64,000 bases of DNA from Nitrospira sp. GTDB lineage: Bacteria > Nitrospirota > Nitrospiria > Nitrospirales > Nitrospiraceae. Below, in pieces: positions 19,710 through 28,999 of the stretch. The stretch covers positions 1,376,001 to 1,440,000 of the forward strand of contig AP038806.1 of assembly GCA_047150005.1 (NCBI GenBank), given 5' to 3'. The notes under the pieces were generated by a model that was given only the letters and a program-made list of their open reading frames with translations, was not told where the DNA came from and did no database searches. Positions within the stretch are counted from its first letter, which is position 1. Every line of letters starts with the position of its first letter. A program made the translations under genes and the position numbers.

Positions 19710-20993
19710 ATGAAGACCACGCGCTCAGCCAAACTCTTCGAACGGGCCAACCAGCTCATCCCAGGCGGCGTCAACAGCCCGGTGCGGGCCTTTCGCTCGG
19801 TCGGAGGCCAACCCCGTTTCATCAGCCGGGCGAAGGGTTCACGTCTCTACGACGTCGACGGTAACGCCTACATCGACTACGTACTGTCCTGGGGTCCGAT
19901 GATCCTCGGGCACGCGGCGCCTTCGGTGGTCACAGCACTCAGGAAGGCGGCCGGGCGCGGCACGAGTTTCGGCGCGCCGACCGAGTTGGAGGTCACGCTG
20001 GCCGCGATGATCCAGGAGGCGTTCCCCTCCATGGAAAAGATCCGGCTGGTAAGTTCCGGCACCGAGGCGGTGATGAGCGCGATTCGGGTCGCGCGCGGAT
20101 TCACCAAGCGCGACACGATCCTGAAATTTGAAGGCTGCTACCACGGCCACAGTGACTATCTGCTTGCGAAAGCCGGGTCCGGCCTTGCCACGTTGGGCAT
20201 CCCGGATTCGCCCGGCGTCCCGGAAGACTTCGCCAAACATACCCTCACCGCCCCTTATAACGACATCGGCGCGGTCCGCCGCCTGGTCGACGAACATCGC
20301 GGCCGCCTCGCCTGCATCATTCTGGAGCCGATTGCCGGCAACATGGGCGTGGTGCCTCCGGCTCCGGACTTCCTAACCGAGCTGCGGAAACTGACGCTCG
20401 AGCACGACATGCTGCTGATTTTTGACGAAGTGATCACGGGATTTCGGGTCGCCTACGGCGGCGCACAGAACCTCTATGGGGTGACGCCCGACTTGACGGT
20501 GCTGGGTAAGATCATCGGCGGAGGACTGCCGGTCGGCGCCTACGGCGGCAGGCGGGAAATCATGGATCTCATCGCGCCCTCTGGGCCGGTCTATCAAGCC
20601 GGGACTTTGTCGGGAAATCCGCTGGCCGTGACAGCCGGGATCGCCACGCTCACCAAACTCAAGGGCCGTGGCGTCTATGCCGGGCTCGAAGCGCGGGCCG
20701 CGACGTTCGCGAAAGAGTTGGGCGCTGCGGCCAAGAAGGCGGGCATCCCGCTCACGCAGACGCGGGTGGGCTCCATGCTGACTTCGTTCTTCACCTCAGG
20801 TCCGGTAACCGATTGGACGACGGTCAAGCGATCGGATACGCAGCGATATGGCCGGTTCTTCCACACGATGCTCGAACAGGGGATCTACCTGGCACCTTCC
20901 CAGTTCGAAGCCGCGTTTCTCTCCACCGCCCATTCCTTGGCAGACATCGACAAGACGCTCCGCGCCGCATACGCGGCCTTTAAAACACTGTAA
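19710..20993 (+). CDS. hemL: Glutamate-1-semialdehyde 2,1-aminomutase
   Basis: [49 protein letters not shown]. Confidence 0.98.
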   Translation: MKTTRSAKLFERANQLIPGGVNSPVRAFRSVGGQPRFISRAKGSRLYDVDGNAYIDYVLSWGPMILGHAAPSVVTALRKAAGRGTSFGAPTELEVTLAAMIQEAFPSMEKIRLVSSGTEAVMSAIRVARGFTKRDTILKFEGCYHGHSDYLLAKAGSGLATLGIPDSPGVPEDFAKHTLTAPYNDIGAVRRLVDEHRGRLACIILEPIAGNMGVVPPAPDFLTELRKLTLEHDMLLIFDEVITGFRVAYGGAQNLYGVTPDLTVLGKIIGGGLPVGAYGGRREIMDLIAPSGPVYQAGTLSGNPLAVTAGIATLTKLKGRGVYAGLEARAATFAKELGAAAKKAGIPLTQTRVGSMLTSFFTSGPVTDWTTVKRSDTQRYGRFFHTMLEQGIYLAPSQFEAAFLSTAHSLADIDKTLRAAYAAFKTL

Positions 20994-20995
20994 TT

Positions 20996-21102
20996 CGTTG
21001 CTCGTGAAGCGTCGCTCGTATCTCGTTAGATACAAGCCGACCGGTTCCAATACAGAAATCTTCTCTCCTTTGCGCTTCACGAGATACGCATCACGATTCA
21101 CG
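20996..21102. repeat. Heptamer inverted-repeat element, copy B (empty, 47-nt spacer)
   Basis: CGTTGCT CGTGAAG CGTCGCT CGTATCT CG ... CGCTTCA CGAGATA CGCATCA CGATTCA CG, between two convergent stop codons. Confidence 0.88.
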
Positions 21103-21106
21103 TTAC

Positions 21107-21337
21107 TTATTCGTCGTCCTCGTCGTCCGCATCCATGGCCTCCTGACGTTTCTGCTCTTCCATGGCATTGTGCAGGAGCATGCGGATAAACATTGAATAC
21201 AATGAGCCTTTTTCCAGAGTCCCGCCCGGAGGGATTGCAATCTTGCCCTCCTTAATCATCTTATCCATCCATACCTTCTGATCCGGTGCGATCAGAATGG
21301 GAATCTCAACGAGTCCGACTCGGCCGAACATTTCCAT
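21107..21337 (-). CDS. Hypothetical protein (76 aa, acidic tail)
   Basis: GGAGG RBS; plausible composition; bracketed by repeat copies B and C. Confidence 0.75.
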   Translation of the reverse strand: MEMFGRVGLVEIPILIAPDQKVWMDKMIKEGKIAIPPGGTLEKGSLYSMFIRMLLHNAMEEQKRQEAMDADDEDDE

Positions 21338-21348
21338 GACTCAACCTC

Positions 21349-21429
21349 CGTGAAGCGTCGTTCGTATCTCGTATCTCGCAGGAGAATGAAGGGCATCGTA
21401 GAGATACGCTTCACGAGCTACAAGATACG
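21349..21429. repeat. Heptamer inverted-repeat element, copy C (empty, 21-nt spacer)
   Basis: CGTGAAG CGTCGTT CGTATCT CGTATCT CG ... AGAGATA CGCTTCA CGAGCTA CAAGATA CG. Confidence 0.88.
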
Positions 21430-21505
21430 CTGCCATTCCAGCACGCGGTTTTCTCGAATGTCAACCGCACCGCTATGGCATGGACTGTGCGTGCCGGTCA
21501 GTATC

Positions 21506-21850
21506 ATGGCTCACGCTCGAACCACGTTCGGCACGCTCATTGCCGTGGGGTTGATCCTCGCCGTTCCCCATCAGGGACCGGCGCAACCATCGACCGCGCC
21601 GCCTTCATCCCTCTCCTCCACACCGCTGGCTGCTGAGCCGACGGAATCGGACCTTCACCCGTCTTGCGACCTTTGCAGAAAACCGGAACGACGGTCGGGA
21701 AGCGATCTGCGACCGCACCGACTCAAGCGAGACAAGGGGCTGCATCCTCGAAAGCAATCGAGCGGCAGACACTCGTCGCCGGAGCAAGCCATGAAATCGA
21801 CCTTGCCGCGCCGAACGATCACTTCGAATGACGAGGTGAGGCAGGAATAG
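21506..21850 (+). CDS. Possible exported hypothetical protein (CxxC, low complexity)
   Basis: Signal-peptide-like MAHARTTFGTLIAVGLILA; HPSCDLC. Confidence 0.45.
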   Translation: MAHARTTFGTLIAVGLILAVPHQGPAQPSTAPPSSLSSTPLAAEPTESDLHPSCDLCRKPERRSGSDLRPHRLKRDKGLHPRKQSSGRHSSPEQAMKSTLPRRTITSNDEVRQE

Positions 21851-22069
21851 GCTACGGGCCAGGTGGATAGGCCGCCCGGGTGGCGAAGTTCTCTGGAACG
21901 GATCAGGTTGACACTTTCCTGTATTTCACGGAGAATCCGGAAAATTTTGCGCGGTTCGGGATGAGGAACCACACGTCCTTCCGAAAACAGCGGCTAACCG
22001 AGGACGATAGCGCCGCGCCAGTCCTGGCCAACTAGATTCGGGGAAAGTGAAGGTTGCAGGATCCACTCA

Positions 22070-22900
22070 ATGGGCCCTTTACTCTTAACTTTTCCGCTCG
22101 TCCTGCTGCTTTGCACGGATGCGCCTGCGCAGGCGACTGAGCTTCCGTTGTTTGACGCCCACATCCACTACAATCACGACGTCTGGGAGTCGATCCCGTC
22201 GAGAGAAGCGATCGCGCGATTGCGTAACGCCGGAGTCAGGCGCGCGCTCGTTTCGAGTTCCAGCGACGAGGGCACGCAGAAATTGCTGGCGGAAGCGCGC
22301 GACCTGATCATTCCGGAGTTAAGACCGTACCGTCGGAACGGCGAAACCGGCAGCTGGTTTCTCGATGAGTCGGTGGTTGAGTACCTCCGGAAGCGCCTGA
22401 GCCTGCACTCCTACGTTGCGATTGGAGAGTTTCACGTGAGCGGCGAGAATGCTGATCTTCCGGTTGTCCGAGCTATCGTGCAACTCGCGAAGGACCACCG
22501 TCTGATGTTGCACGCGCATTCCGATGCCGACGCAGTGGAACGCCTGTTCCGGCAGGATCCTGGTGCTCGTATTCTCTGGGCCCACGGAGGTTATGAGAAG
22601 GCTCCGAGGATACGGGAGATGCTGCACCGCTACAAGAACTTGTGGGTCGAGCTCTCGTCCCGCGACGATCTGGTCCTGAACGGCCGGCTTGCGACAGACT
22701 GGCGGACCGTCCTGCTGGAGTTTTCCGATCGCTTCATGGTCGGCACCGATACCCACACACCGGATCGCTGGAACAGCATCGGCTCGAACGCGGACTCGGT
22801 TCGGGCCTGGCTGGCCGAGTTGCCCACGGAGGTCGCCGAGCGCATCGCCTACAAGAACGGCGAGGCTTGGCTCAAGGCCGGATTCTCCGATCGGCGCTGA
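22070..22900 (+). CDS. Exported amidohydrolase (TIM-barrel, TatD/amidohydro_2-like)
   Basis: FDAHIHY, IGEFH, HAH, LWAHGG, VGTD; TTGACA-17-GAGAAT promoter candidate near 21908. Confidence 0.85.
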   Translation: MGPLLLTFPLVLLLCTDAPAQATELPLFDAHIHYNHDVWESIPSREAIARLRNAGVRRALVSSSSDEGTQKLLAEARDLIIPELRPYRRNGETGSWFLDESVVEYLRKRLSLHSYVAIGEFHVSGENADLPVVRAIVQLAKDHRLMLHAHSDADAVERLFRQDPGARILWAHGGYEKAPRIREMLHRYKNLWVELSSRDDLVLNGRLATDWRTVLLEFSDRFMVGTDTHTPDRWNSIGSNADSVRAWLAELPTEVAERIAYKNGEAWLKAGFSDRR

Positions 22901-23046
22901 CGCGGATAGGTGGCTCCTGTCTTGATGAGCGTCCCGCGATTACTTCTTTTTCTTGTCGGAGGGATTTTCCGAGAACAGCAGCCAACCGAGCACGACGAAG
23001 CCGATCACCACACCCCCAATGGCCAGCCAGGTCCCGATTTTGTCCA

Positions 23047-23448
23047 TCAGCTGTTCCCTTTCGCGTCGGACTGTAGCGCGGCCACAATCACCTTGTCGAG
23101 ACGCGTCACCTTACCATTGCCGTTGGTGGCAGCCAGTCTGGCGGAGCCTTCCACCACGACGCGCCCGCTTTCTTTGTCCTTGATCACATGTGCAAAGGTC
23201 AACGAAGCGGCGCTGAGATCATGGACGGCCGTCTCGATGACCAACGTCTCTCCATAGCGAGCCGGTGAACGGTAGTCCACTTCCGCATGCACAACGACAA
23301 ACACGGTGCCTTCGCTCATCAACTTCGCCACCGACAACCCGCGTTCCTCAAGATACTGCGTCCGCGCCCGTTCGAAATACTTGAGATAGTTCGCGTAGTA
23401 GACGACGCCCCCGCAATCGGTGTCTTCGTAATAAATGCGGATGTCCAT
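23047..23448 (-). CDS. ybgC: YbgC/FadM-family acyl-CoA thioesterase
   Basis: RIYYEDTDCGGVVYYANYLKYFERAR. Confidence 0.92.
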   Translation of the reverse strand: MDIRIYYEDTDCGGVVYYANYLKYFERARTQYLEERGLSVAKLMSEGTVFVVVHAEVDYRSPARYGETLVIETAVHDLSAASLTFAHVIKDKESGRVVVEGSARLAATNGNGKVTRLDKVIVAALQSDAKGNS

Positions 23449-23449
23449 T

Positions 23450-23895
23450 CGTATCTCGTCGTTCGTGAAGCGTATCTCGCTAGAGCCGTTTGATCAGGTT
23501 CCTCAGCATTCTGGACTCGTGGTCGAGCTGTTCCAGCACCGTGTCCCGATCGCCGATCGACAGAAATCCTAAATCGTGGGCCACCTCAACTTGTGTTTCG
23601 AGTTCCGCACAGGAACCCAACGCGACATAGCGGAGCTGTCGATATTCTGCGTTATGCTTTCTGTTAAATCCTTCCGCGATATTTGAAGGAATCGACACAA
23701 CCGCACGACGCATCTGCGAGACAAGTCCGTACATTTCTTCTTTCGGGAAACTCTTCGTCACTCGATAGACGGCGAGAACGATCTCCTTACCTAATCTCCA
23801 TACTTCGAGCTCGCGAAAATTTCTGATCTTCATATTTCTCGCCCGCGTATCCGGCTCTCTGCTTGCGCTTCACGCTTCACGAGATACGCTTCACG
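23450..23895. mobile_element. Heptamer inverted-repeat element, copy D, carrying a four-helix-bundle gene
   Basis: Left arm 23450-23479 CGTATCT CGTCGTT CGTGAAG CGTATCT CG; right arm 23866-23895 CGCTTCA CGCTTCA CGAGATA CGCTTCA CG; perfect 16-bp inverted repeat 23464-23479 / 23880-23895. Mobility is inferred. Confidence 0.65.
23480..23833 (-). CDS. Four helix bundle protein (23S rRNA IVS-protein / Avd-like fold)
   Basis: FRELEVW, FPKEEMYGLVSQMRRAVVSIPSNIAEG, ALGSCAELETQ; visibly more AT-rich than its neighbours. Confidence 0.95.
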   Translation of the reverse strand: MKIRNFRELEVWRLGKEIVLAVYRVTKSFPKEEMYGLVSQMRRAVVSIPSNIAEGFNRKHNAEYRQLRYVALGSCAELETQVEVAHDLGFLSIGDRDTVLEQLDHESRMLRNLIKRL

Positions 23896-25150
23896 GTAGA
23901 TGTAGCTTTGGAAATTGAGGTAGAGATGACTCGGTCACGCTCGCCATTCTGACGACCACGTCGTACAGCTGCTGCACCCGCTCGGCCTTCACCGGTTCGA
24001 ATCCATGACCCAGAATCCCATGGTTCGCCGCATCGAGTAGGGGTTTCATGGTGGGCCACTCCCGCAGAAAGGATTGTCCCAATTGATCGCCCAGTCCGGC
24101 CAGTGCACGGAACTGGGCCTGTAGCGGCAGCCGGTACTTGCCGTCGATGTCGTCCATATGACAGAGGCGACAGGTTTCCTGAAGGACCTGGGGCAACTGA
24201 TCAGGCCGCACGTCCCACGTCTTGATCCCATGCGCTGTAAAGAGGCGGCGTTGCGCCATGGCTTCCAGCGCCCTGACCAGTGCTCGCATCGCCGCCTCCG
24301 GATCGTTCGTCACACGCAATCGACGTCCCGCATGGGCGAGGAGATCGACCGCGACCAATTCTTTGACTTCCGAGGGGTCGAGCACGAGCTTCTCGAGAAA
24401 CCCCGAATTGGCTTTGATCGCCGGCAGGCATGCCTTCACTTCCGCCGGGCCGCCGAACAGGGTCGCCATCTCCAGCGCCTTGATCGAGGATTTCAACTTC
24501 TCCCAGGCTTGACGATGCTGAAACCGTTCCCACAAATCATAGCCGTCGGCCACGTCGACGAGCGCGCGATACAGCGGTTTCAGCCCCCCGCTCACGCGAT
24601 GCTCGACCTGGCGAAAGATCGCGGCGGCCGCCGCCAACGCGCCGCGATTGAACAGGGCACATCCTTCTCGCCTCGTGCCTCTGGCAGCCTCGTCCCAGGG
24701 ATTGGCCTGGACCCATTGCCACTCGATCCCGTCGAGCGTGACCGTCTCTCCGTCACGCCCTTCTTGCGCGCCGATGACGGATACCACGCGGGACGCATGC
24801 GGCATGGCCGCCAGCGTCAACCCCGCCGCCATCGCCGCCGTGGCGCCCGATAGATCCACCACGAGCGCTCCCGATTCGATTCCCCAGGTTTCGAGCAGTG
24901 TCGGCAACGATCGGGCGATCGTCACGTAACAGGCCGGGAAACTCTCGACATCGGGCACGACGATCCAGTCCCAGCGTCGTGGGATCTGGGACAGCTTGGG
25001 TTGCAGATCGTGTTCGACCAACGGTTTCGCCGATTCGGGAAGGACGAAGCAGGCGGCGTCGGGTCGCAAGCGGTTGAGGGAATAGACCGCACCCGCGACC
25101 TCCTTCGTCAGCGCCACGACCAAGGCTTGAACCGGCTGTTCTTGTGCCAT
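23891..25150 (-). CDS. TIGR02710/Csm6-like CARF-helical-HEPN protein, degenerate, no CRISPR context
   Basis: VDLSGATAAMAAGL (CARF D-x-T-G-G-x-K-like), WERFQHRQA, RALEAMAQRRL, ANHGILGHGF (RNxSILAHG-like). Confidence 0.75.
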   Translation of the reverse strand: MAQEQPVQALVVALTKEVAGAVYSLNRLRPDAACFVLPESAKPLVEHDLQPKLSQIPRRWDWIVVPDVESFPACYVTIARSLPTLLETWGIESGALVVDLSGATAAMAAGLTLAAMPHASRVVSVIGAQEGRDGETVTLDGIEWQWVQANPWDEAARGTRREGCALFNRGALAAAAAIFRQVEHRVSGGLKPLYRALVDVADGYDLWERFQHRQAWEKLKSSIKALEMATLFGGPAEVKACLPAIKANSGFLEKLVLDPSEVKELVAVDLLAHAGRRLRVTNDPEAAMRALVRALEAMAQRRLFTAHGIKTWDVRPDQLPQVLQETCRLCHMDDIDGKYRLPLQAQFRALAGLGDQLGQSFLREWPTMKPLLDAANHGILGHGFEPVKAERVQQLYDVVVRMASVTESSLPQFPKLHLP

Positions 25151-25215
25151 CGCGCGCGGACTATAGCATCGGTCCGGGCGGTGATCAATTGACACGAGCG
25201 GCGCCTCGCTTCCGC

Positions 25216-25244
25216 TTGACGACATCTCGCAACGCGCTTAGACT
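25216..25244 (+). promoter_or_regulatory. Sigma-70 promoter candidate for nfeD-SPFH
   Basis: TTGACG-17-TAGACT. Confidence 0.55.
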
Positions 25245-25301
25245 TCGCGGCAACGCGCAGCATCGTCTCTCCGCATCGCGTTCCTCTCGGAAGGCTTCCC
25301 G

Positions 25302-25739
25302 ATGGTCTGGTGGTACTGGATGGTGTTGGGTTTGGCGCTGCTCGGGGCTGAGATGGCGACGCCGGGCGGATTCTACATTCTCTTTTTTGGTCTTGCCGCG
25401 TTGATCGTCGGCACGGCGACCGGAACCGGGATCGTCCAGACCGACTGGATCCAATGGCTGCTGTTTTCCGTCGTGGCCGTGGGTTCTCTCTTGGTCTTCC
25501 GGGGCCCGCTCCTGGCGAAATTGAGTCCTCAAGGGCCACGCGGTGAGCCGGACATCGATTCGATGGTCGGAGAAACCGCCATTCCGCTCGAGCCGCTGGC
25601 GGCCGGGGAGACAGGAAAAGCGGAACTGCGCGGGACGACGTGGACGGCCAAGAACGTCGGCCCCGAATCCCTCCGCAAGGGCCAGCGGGGCAAAGTGACC
25701 CGCGTCGAAGGATTGACGATCTGGATCACCAACGAATAG
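25302..25739 (+). CDS. NfeD-family membrane protein
   Basis: WYWMVLG...AEM hydrophobic N-terminus; C-terminal OB-fold GTTWTA; precedes an SPFH gene. Confidence 0.9.
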   Translation: MVWWYWMVLGLALLGAEMATPGGFYILFFGLAALIVGTATGTGIVQTDWIQWLLFSVVAVGSLLVFRGPLLAKLSPQGPRGEPDIDSMVGETAIPLEPLAAGETGKAELRGTTWTAKNVGPESLRKGQRGKVTRVEGLTIWITNE

Positions 25740-25789
25740 CCGCTCCATCTATTATTGTCTTATTAGTTGTTTTGGGGTGAGGAGGTCGC

Positions 25790-26728
25790 ATGGCATCGGG
25801 AACTCTCGTCGTGCTCATTCTAGCGCTGCTCGTCCTCTACGTGATCGCCAAGACGGCGGTGGTCGTGCCTCAACAGAGCGCCTACGTGGTGGAGCGGCTC
25901 GGCAAATATTCCGCCACCTTGAACGCCGGGTTCCACATCCTGCTCCCGTTCATCGACACCATCCGATACAGGCATTCGCTGAAGGAGGTCGCCATCGACA
26001 TCCCCGAGCAGGTCTGTATCACTCGCGACAACGTGCAAGTCTCCGTGGACGGTGTGCTCTACCTCAAGGTGTTGAACCCGGAACGGGCGTCCTACGGGAT
26101 CAGTGATTATCACTTTGCGCTCTCGCAGCTCGCCCAGACGACGCTCCGCAGCGAAATCGGAAAGATCGAACTCGACCGCACGTTCGAAGAGCGGACGAAC
26201 ATCAACATCCAGGTCGTCAACGAACTGGACAAGGCCTCCGAGCCTTGGGGCGTGAAGGTGTTGCGCTATGAAATCAAGAACATCACGCCTCCCAAGGACG
26301 TGCTGAACGCGATGGAAAAGCAGATGCGCGCCGAGCGCGAGAAGCGCGCCCTGATTCTCACCTCCGAGGGCGAGCGCGACGCCGCCATCAACCAGGCCGA
26401 GGGGGAAAAGCAGCAAGTCATCAAGGCCTCGGAAGCGAGAAAGCAGCAGCAGATCAACGAAGCGGAAGGCGCGGCGGCCGCGATCCTCGCCATCGCGCAG
26501 GCGACCGCGGAGGGACTGCACAAGGTCGCCGACACCATCCGCGTTCCCGGAGGCCAGGAAGCGGTGCAACTGCGGGTCGCCGAACAGTACATCGCCAAGT
26601 TCGGCGAGTTGGCAAAAGCGGGCACGACGCTCGTGCTCCCCGCCAGCGTGTCCGACGTCGGCTCCATGATCGCCCTGGCGATGAGCGCCGTCCGCCAGGC
26701 CTCGGCGCCGCCGCACACCAAGTCGTAA
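25790..26728 (+). CDS. SPFH/band-7 (QmcA/paraslipin-like) protein
   Basis: VVERLGKY, ITRDNV, LAQTTLRSEIG, MRAEREKRA; GAGGAGG RBS. Confidence 0.95.
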   Translation: MASGTLVVLILALLVLYVIAKTAVVVPQQSAYVVERLGKYSATLNAGFHILLPFIDTIRYRHSLKEVAIDIPEQVCITRDNVQVSVDGVLYLKVLNPERASYGISDYHFALSQLAQTTLRSEIGKIELDRTFEERTNINIQVVNELDKASEPWGVKVLRYEIKNITPPKDVLNAMEKQMRAEREKRALILTSEGERDAAINQAEGEKQQVIKASEARKQQQINEAEGAAAAILAIAQATAEGLHKVADTIRVPGGQEAVQLRVAEQYIAKFGELAKAGTTLVLPASVSDVGSMIALAMSAVRQASAPPHTKS

Positions 26729-26791
26729 CGCTCGTACCGCACGGCGCGTGCGTTTGACAGGACGGTTGCCCTGCCCCTAGAATCGCGCGCG

Positions 26792-27370
26792 ATGAAAGAT
26801 GCGGTGCTCAACGCGTTTGCGGAAAGCGCGGCCGTCAAACAACAATTCGTGCGCGAGCAGGCGGACCGGATCGTGCAAGTTGCGGAACTGACGGCGGCGG
26901 CCCTCGCGAAGGGGCATAAGGTATTGCTCTTCGGCAACGGAGGCAGCGCGACCGACGCGGCCCATATCGCGGCCGAATTCGTGGGCCGCTATAAGCGAGA
27001 CCGCGCGCCGCTGCCGGCGATTGCCCTGGCGACCGACATCGCCGCCATTACCTGCATCGCCAACGACTACGGATACGACGAGCTCTTCGCGCGCCAGGTT
27101 CGCGCCCACGGCCGGGCGGGCGACATCGCGATTGCGATCAGCACCAGCGGCAACTCTCTCAACGTCCTGAAGGGTGCGGAAGCCGCCAAGGCGTGCGGGC
27201 TTACCACCGTCGCCTGGACCGGCGGAAGCGGGGGCAAGCTGGCCGGACTCGTGGAATTTCCCTTCGTCGTGCCGTCCACGGTGACCGCCCGCATCCAGGA
27301 ATGCCATATCACGATGGGCCACGTGATATGTGAATTGATCGAGGACCATCTCCTTGGCAAAGCCTCCTGA
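26792..27370 (+). CDS. gmhA: D-sedoheptulose-7-phosphate isomerase
   Basis: GNGGSATDAAH, ANDYG, ISTSGNS, TARIQECH. Confidence 0.96.
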   Translation: MKDAVLNAFAESAAVKQQFVREQADRIVQVAELTAAALAKGHKVLLFGNGGSATDAAHIAAEFVGRYKRDRAPLPAIALATDIAAITCIANDYGYDELFARQVRAHGRAGDIAIAISTSGNSLNVLKGAEAAKACGLTTVAWTGGSGGKLAGLVEFPFVVPSTVTARIQECHITMGHVICELIEDHLLGKAS

Positions 27371-28346
27371 CCGGAAGGTCCCGCTTCGCGCGGCTCGCGC
27401 GCTGATCCCGCCGATCAATGTATCGGACCTGAAGACGTATCCCCTGAAAAAGCGCCACAGCAAAGTGCGGGTGTCCGATTTCGCCAAGCCGTGGCGTCGC
27501 GGAGACAGCTTCGCCCGATTCTACCGGTCCTTGCCGGACATCCTTGGCGTAAAGACGCTTCGAGCCGTGGCCGCCTCGATCGCCGCGGCCCATCGTAAGC
27601 GCAGGCCCGTGATCGTCGGCATCGGCGCCCATGTGGTGAAGGTCGGACTGACTCCCATCTTCGTGGACCTCATGAACCGCGGCATTGTGTCGGCCGTGGC
27701 CATGAACGGAGCCGGCATCATTCACGATTTCGAGCTGGCGCTCATGGGCCATACGTCGGAGGAGGTCGACGCCGAGATCGACCAAGGCCGTTTCGGCATG
27801 GCCGAAGAAACCGGCCGCATGATCAACGAAGCGATCATTCAGGGCGCGCAAGAACAGTGCGGGCTCGGCGAGGCCGTGGGACGCTATATCGATCGTTCCC
27901 GCCGGCTGTTTCGAAACCACGAGACGAGCATCCTGGCGGCCGGTGTGAGACTCGGCATCCCGGTCACGGTGCACGTCGCAATCGGGACCGACATCATTCA
28001 CATGCATCCGTCGGCCGACGGCGCGGCGATCGGCGACACGTCCCTGTTTGATTTTCGGCGGCTGACGGCCGTGGTGTCGGGGATGGAAGGCGGGGTCTAT
28101 CTCAACATGGGCTCGGCCGTGGTCCTGCCGGAAGTGTTCCTCAAGACCGTGTCGCTCGCGCGGAATCTCGGCCACGCCCTGACGCAGATCACCACCGTCA
28201 ACATGGACTTTCTGTCGCACTACCGCCCGTTGACCAACGTCGTGCGCCGACCGACGCAGAAGGGCGGCCAGGGCTATGCGCTCATCGGTCATCATGAAAT
28301 CATGGTTCCGCTGCTCGCGGCGGCCATTTACGAAGAATTGGGGTAA
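27354..28346 (+). CDS. Conserved hypothetical protein, DHS-like NAD/FAD-binding fold suspected
   Basis: GAHVVKVG, NGAGIIHDFE, GTDIIH, GSAVVLPEVFLK, GHHEIM; overlaps the end of gmhA. Confidence 0.7.
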   Translation: MAKPPDRKVPLRAARALIPPINVSDLKTYPLKKRHSKVRVSDFAKPWRRGDSFARFYRSLPDILGVKTLRAVAASIAAAHRKRRPVIVGIGAHVVKVGLTPIFVDLMNRGIVSAVAMNGAGIIHDFELALMGHTSEEVDAEIDQGRFGMAEETGRMINEAIIQGAQEQCGLGEAVGRYIDRSRRLFRNHETSILAAGVRLGIPVTVHVAIGTDIIHMHPSADGAAIGDTSLFDFRRLTAVVSGMEGGVYLNMGSAVVLPEVFLKTVSLARNLGHALTQITTVNMDFLSHYRPLTNVVRRPTQKGGQGYALIGHHEIMVPLLAAAIYEELG

Positions 28347-28352
28347 TTCACC

Positions 28353-28982
28353 ATGGCTTCTTCCCCCACGCCTCCTCTGACGGCGGACGAGCTTGCGGCG
28401 ATCTGGTTCGACCTCAACGTGCGATTTTTCGACGGGGCCCTGCCTCCCATCGATCTGGTCTGGAGCCGGCGGCTTACCTCCTCGATCGGCATGTTCGTGA
28501 GCCGCGGCGGACCCAGATCATCGTGGAGCGAGCCGGCGTCCTCCAAGCAGCCACGGAGGGAAATCCGGTTGTCCCTGCCGCTCCTCACGCCGCTGCTGGC
28601 CCGGTCGACGCACGGCTTCAACGAGCTGCTGAGCACGATGGCACATGAAATGATCCATCAGTGGCAATACGACATCCTCAAGCGACACCCCAGTCATGGT
28701 CCCGACTTCCTGAGGAAAATGACCGAGTTGAACCGCGACGGCTCCCTCTCCGTCACCCTGTACCATTCGTTGCAACAGGAGGTTCTCGCCCTGGCGCGCT
28801 TCGCGTGGCGGTGCCGGCAATGCGGCCGCATCTATCGCCGCCAACGGCGGACGATTCAACCGCGTCGACACCATTGTGGCAGTTGCCGCGGCGCACTGCA
28901 GGAACTGGGCACCGTGCGCCGCATCGAGTCCACAGCCGCCCGCCCGTCCCAGGATCGCACGCAGCTCTCCTTGCCCTTCTAG
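28353..28982 (+). CDS. SprT-like zinc metalloprotease with zinc ribbon
   Basis: LNVRFFDG, HEMIH, HGPDF, CRQC...CGSC. Confidence 0.9.
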   Translation: MASSPTPPLTADELAAIWFDLNVRFFDGALPPIDLVWSRRLTSSIGMFVSRGGPRSSWSEPASSKQPRREIRLSLPLLTPLLARSTHGFNELLSTMAHEMIHQWQYDILKRHPSHGPDFLRKMTELNRDGSLSVTLYHSLQQEVLALARFAWRCRQCGRIYRRQRRTIQPRRHHCGSCRGALQELGTVRRIESTAARPSQDRTQLSLPF

Positions 28983-28999
28983 CGGGAGCGGAATGTCCC

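Noticed and set aside
20796..21505. ORFs translating the heptamer arms (20796..21101, 20848..21189 and the 5' part of 21350..21850)
   Set aside because: Products of the repeat sequence (VKRRSYLV, RFTRYASRFT); no independent sign of coding
23480..23833. Diversity-generating retroelement suggested by the Avd-like fold and a DUF1566 gene at 6688
   Set aside because: No reverse transcriptase, and no template/variable repeat pair differing at adenines was seen in the window
20996..23895. Heptamer repeats as a CRISPR array for the CARF-like gene
   Set aside because: No constant direct repeat with regular unique spacers; the arms are inverted and dispersed; no cas genes
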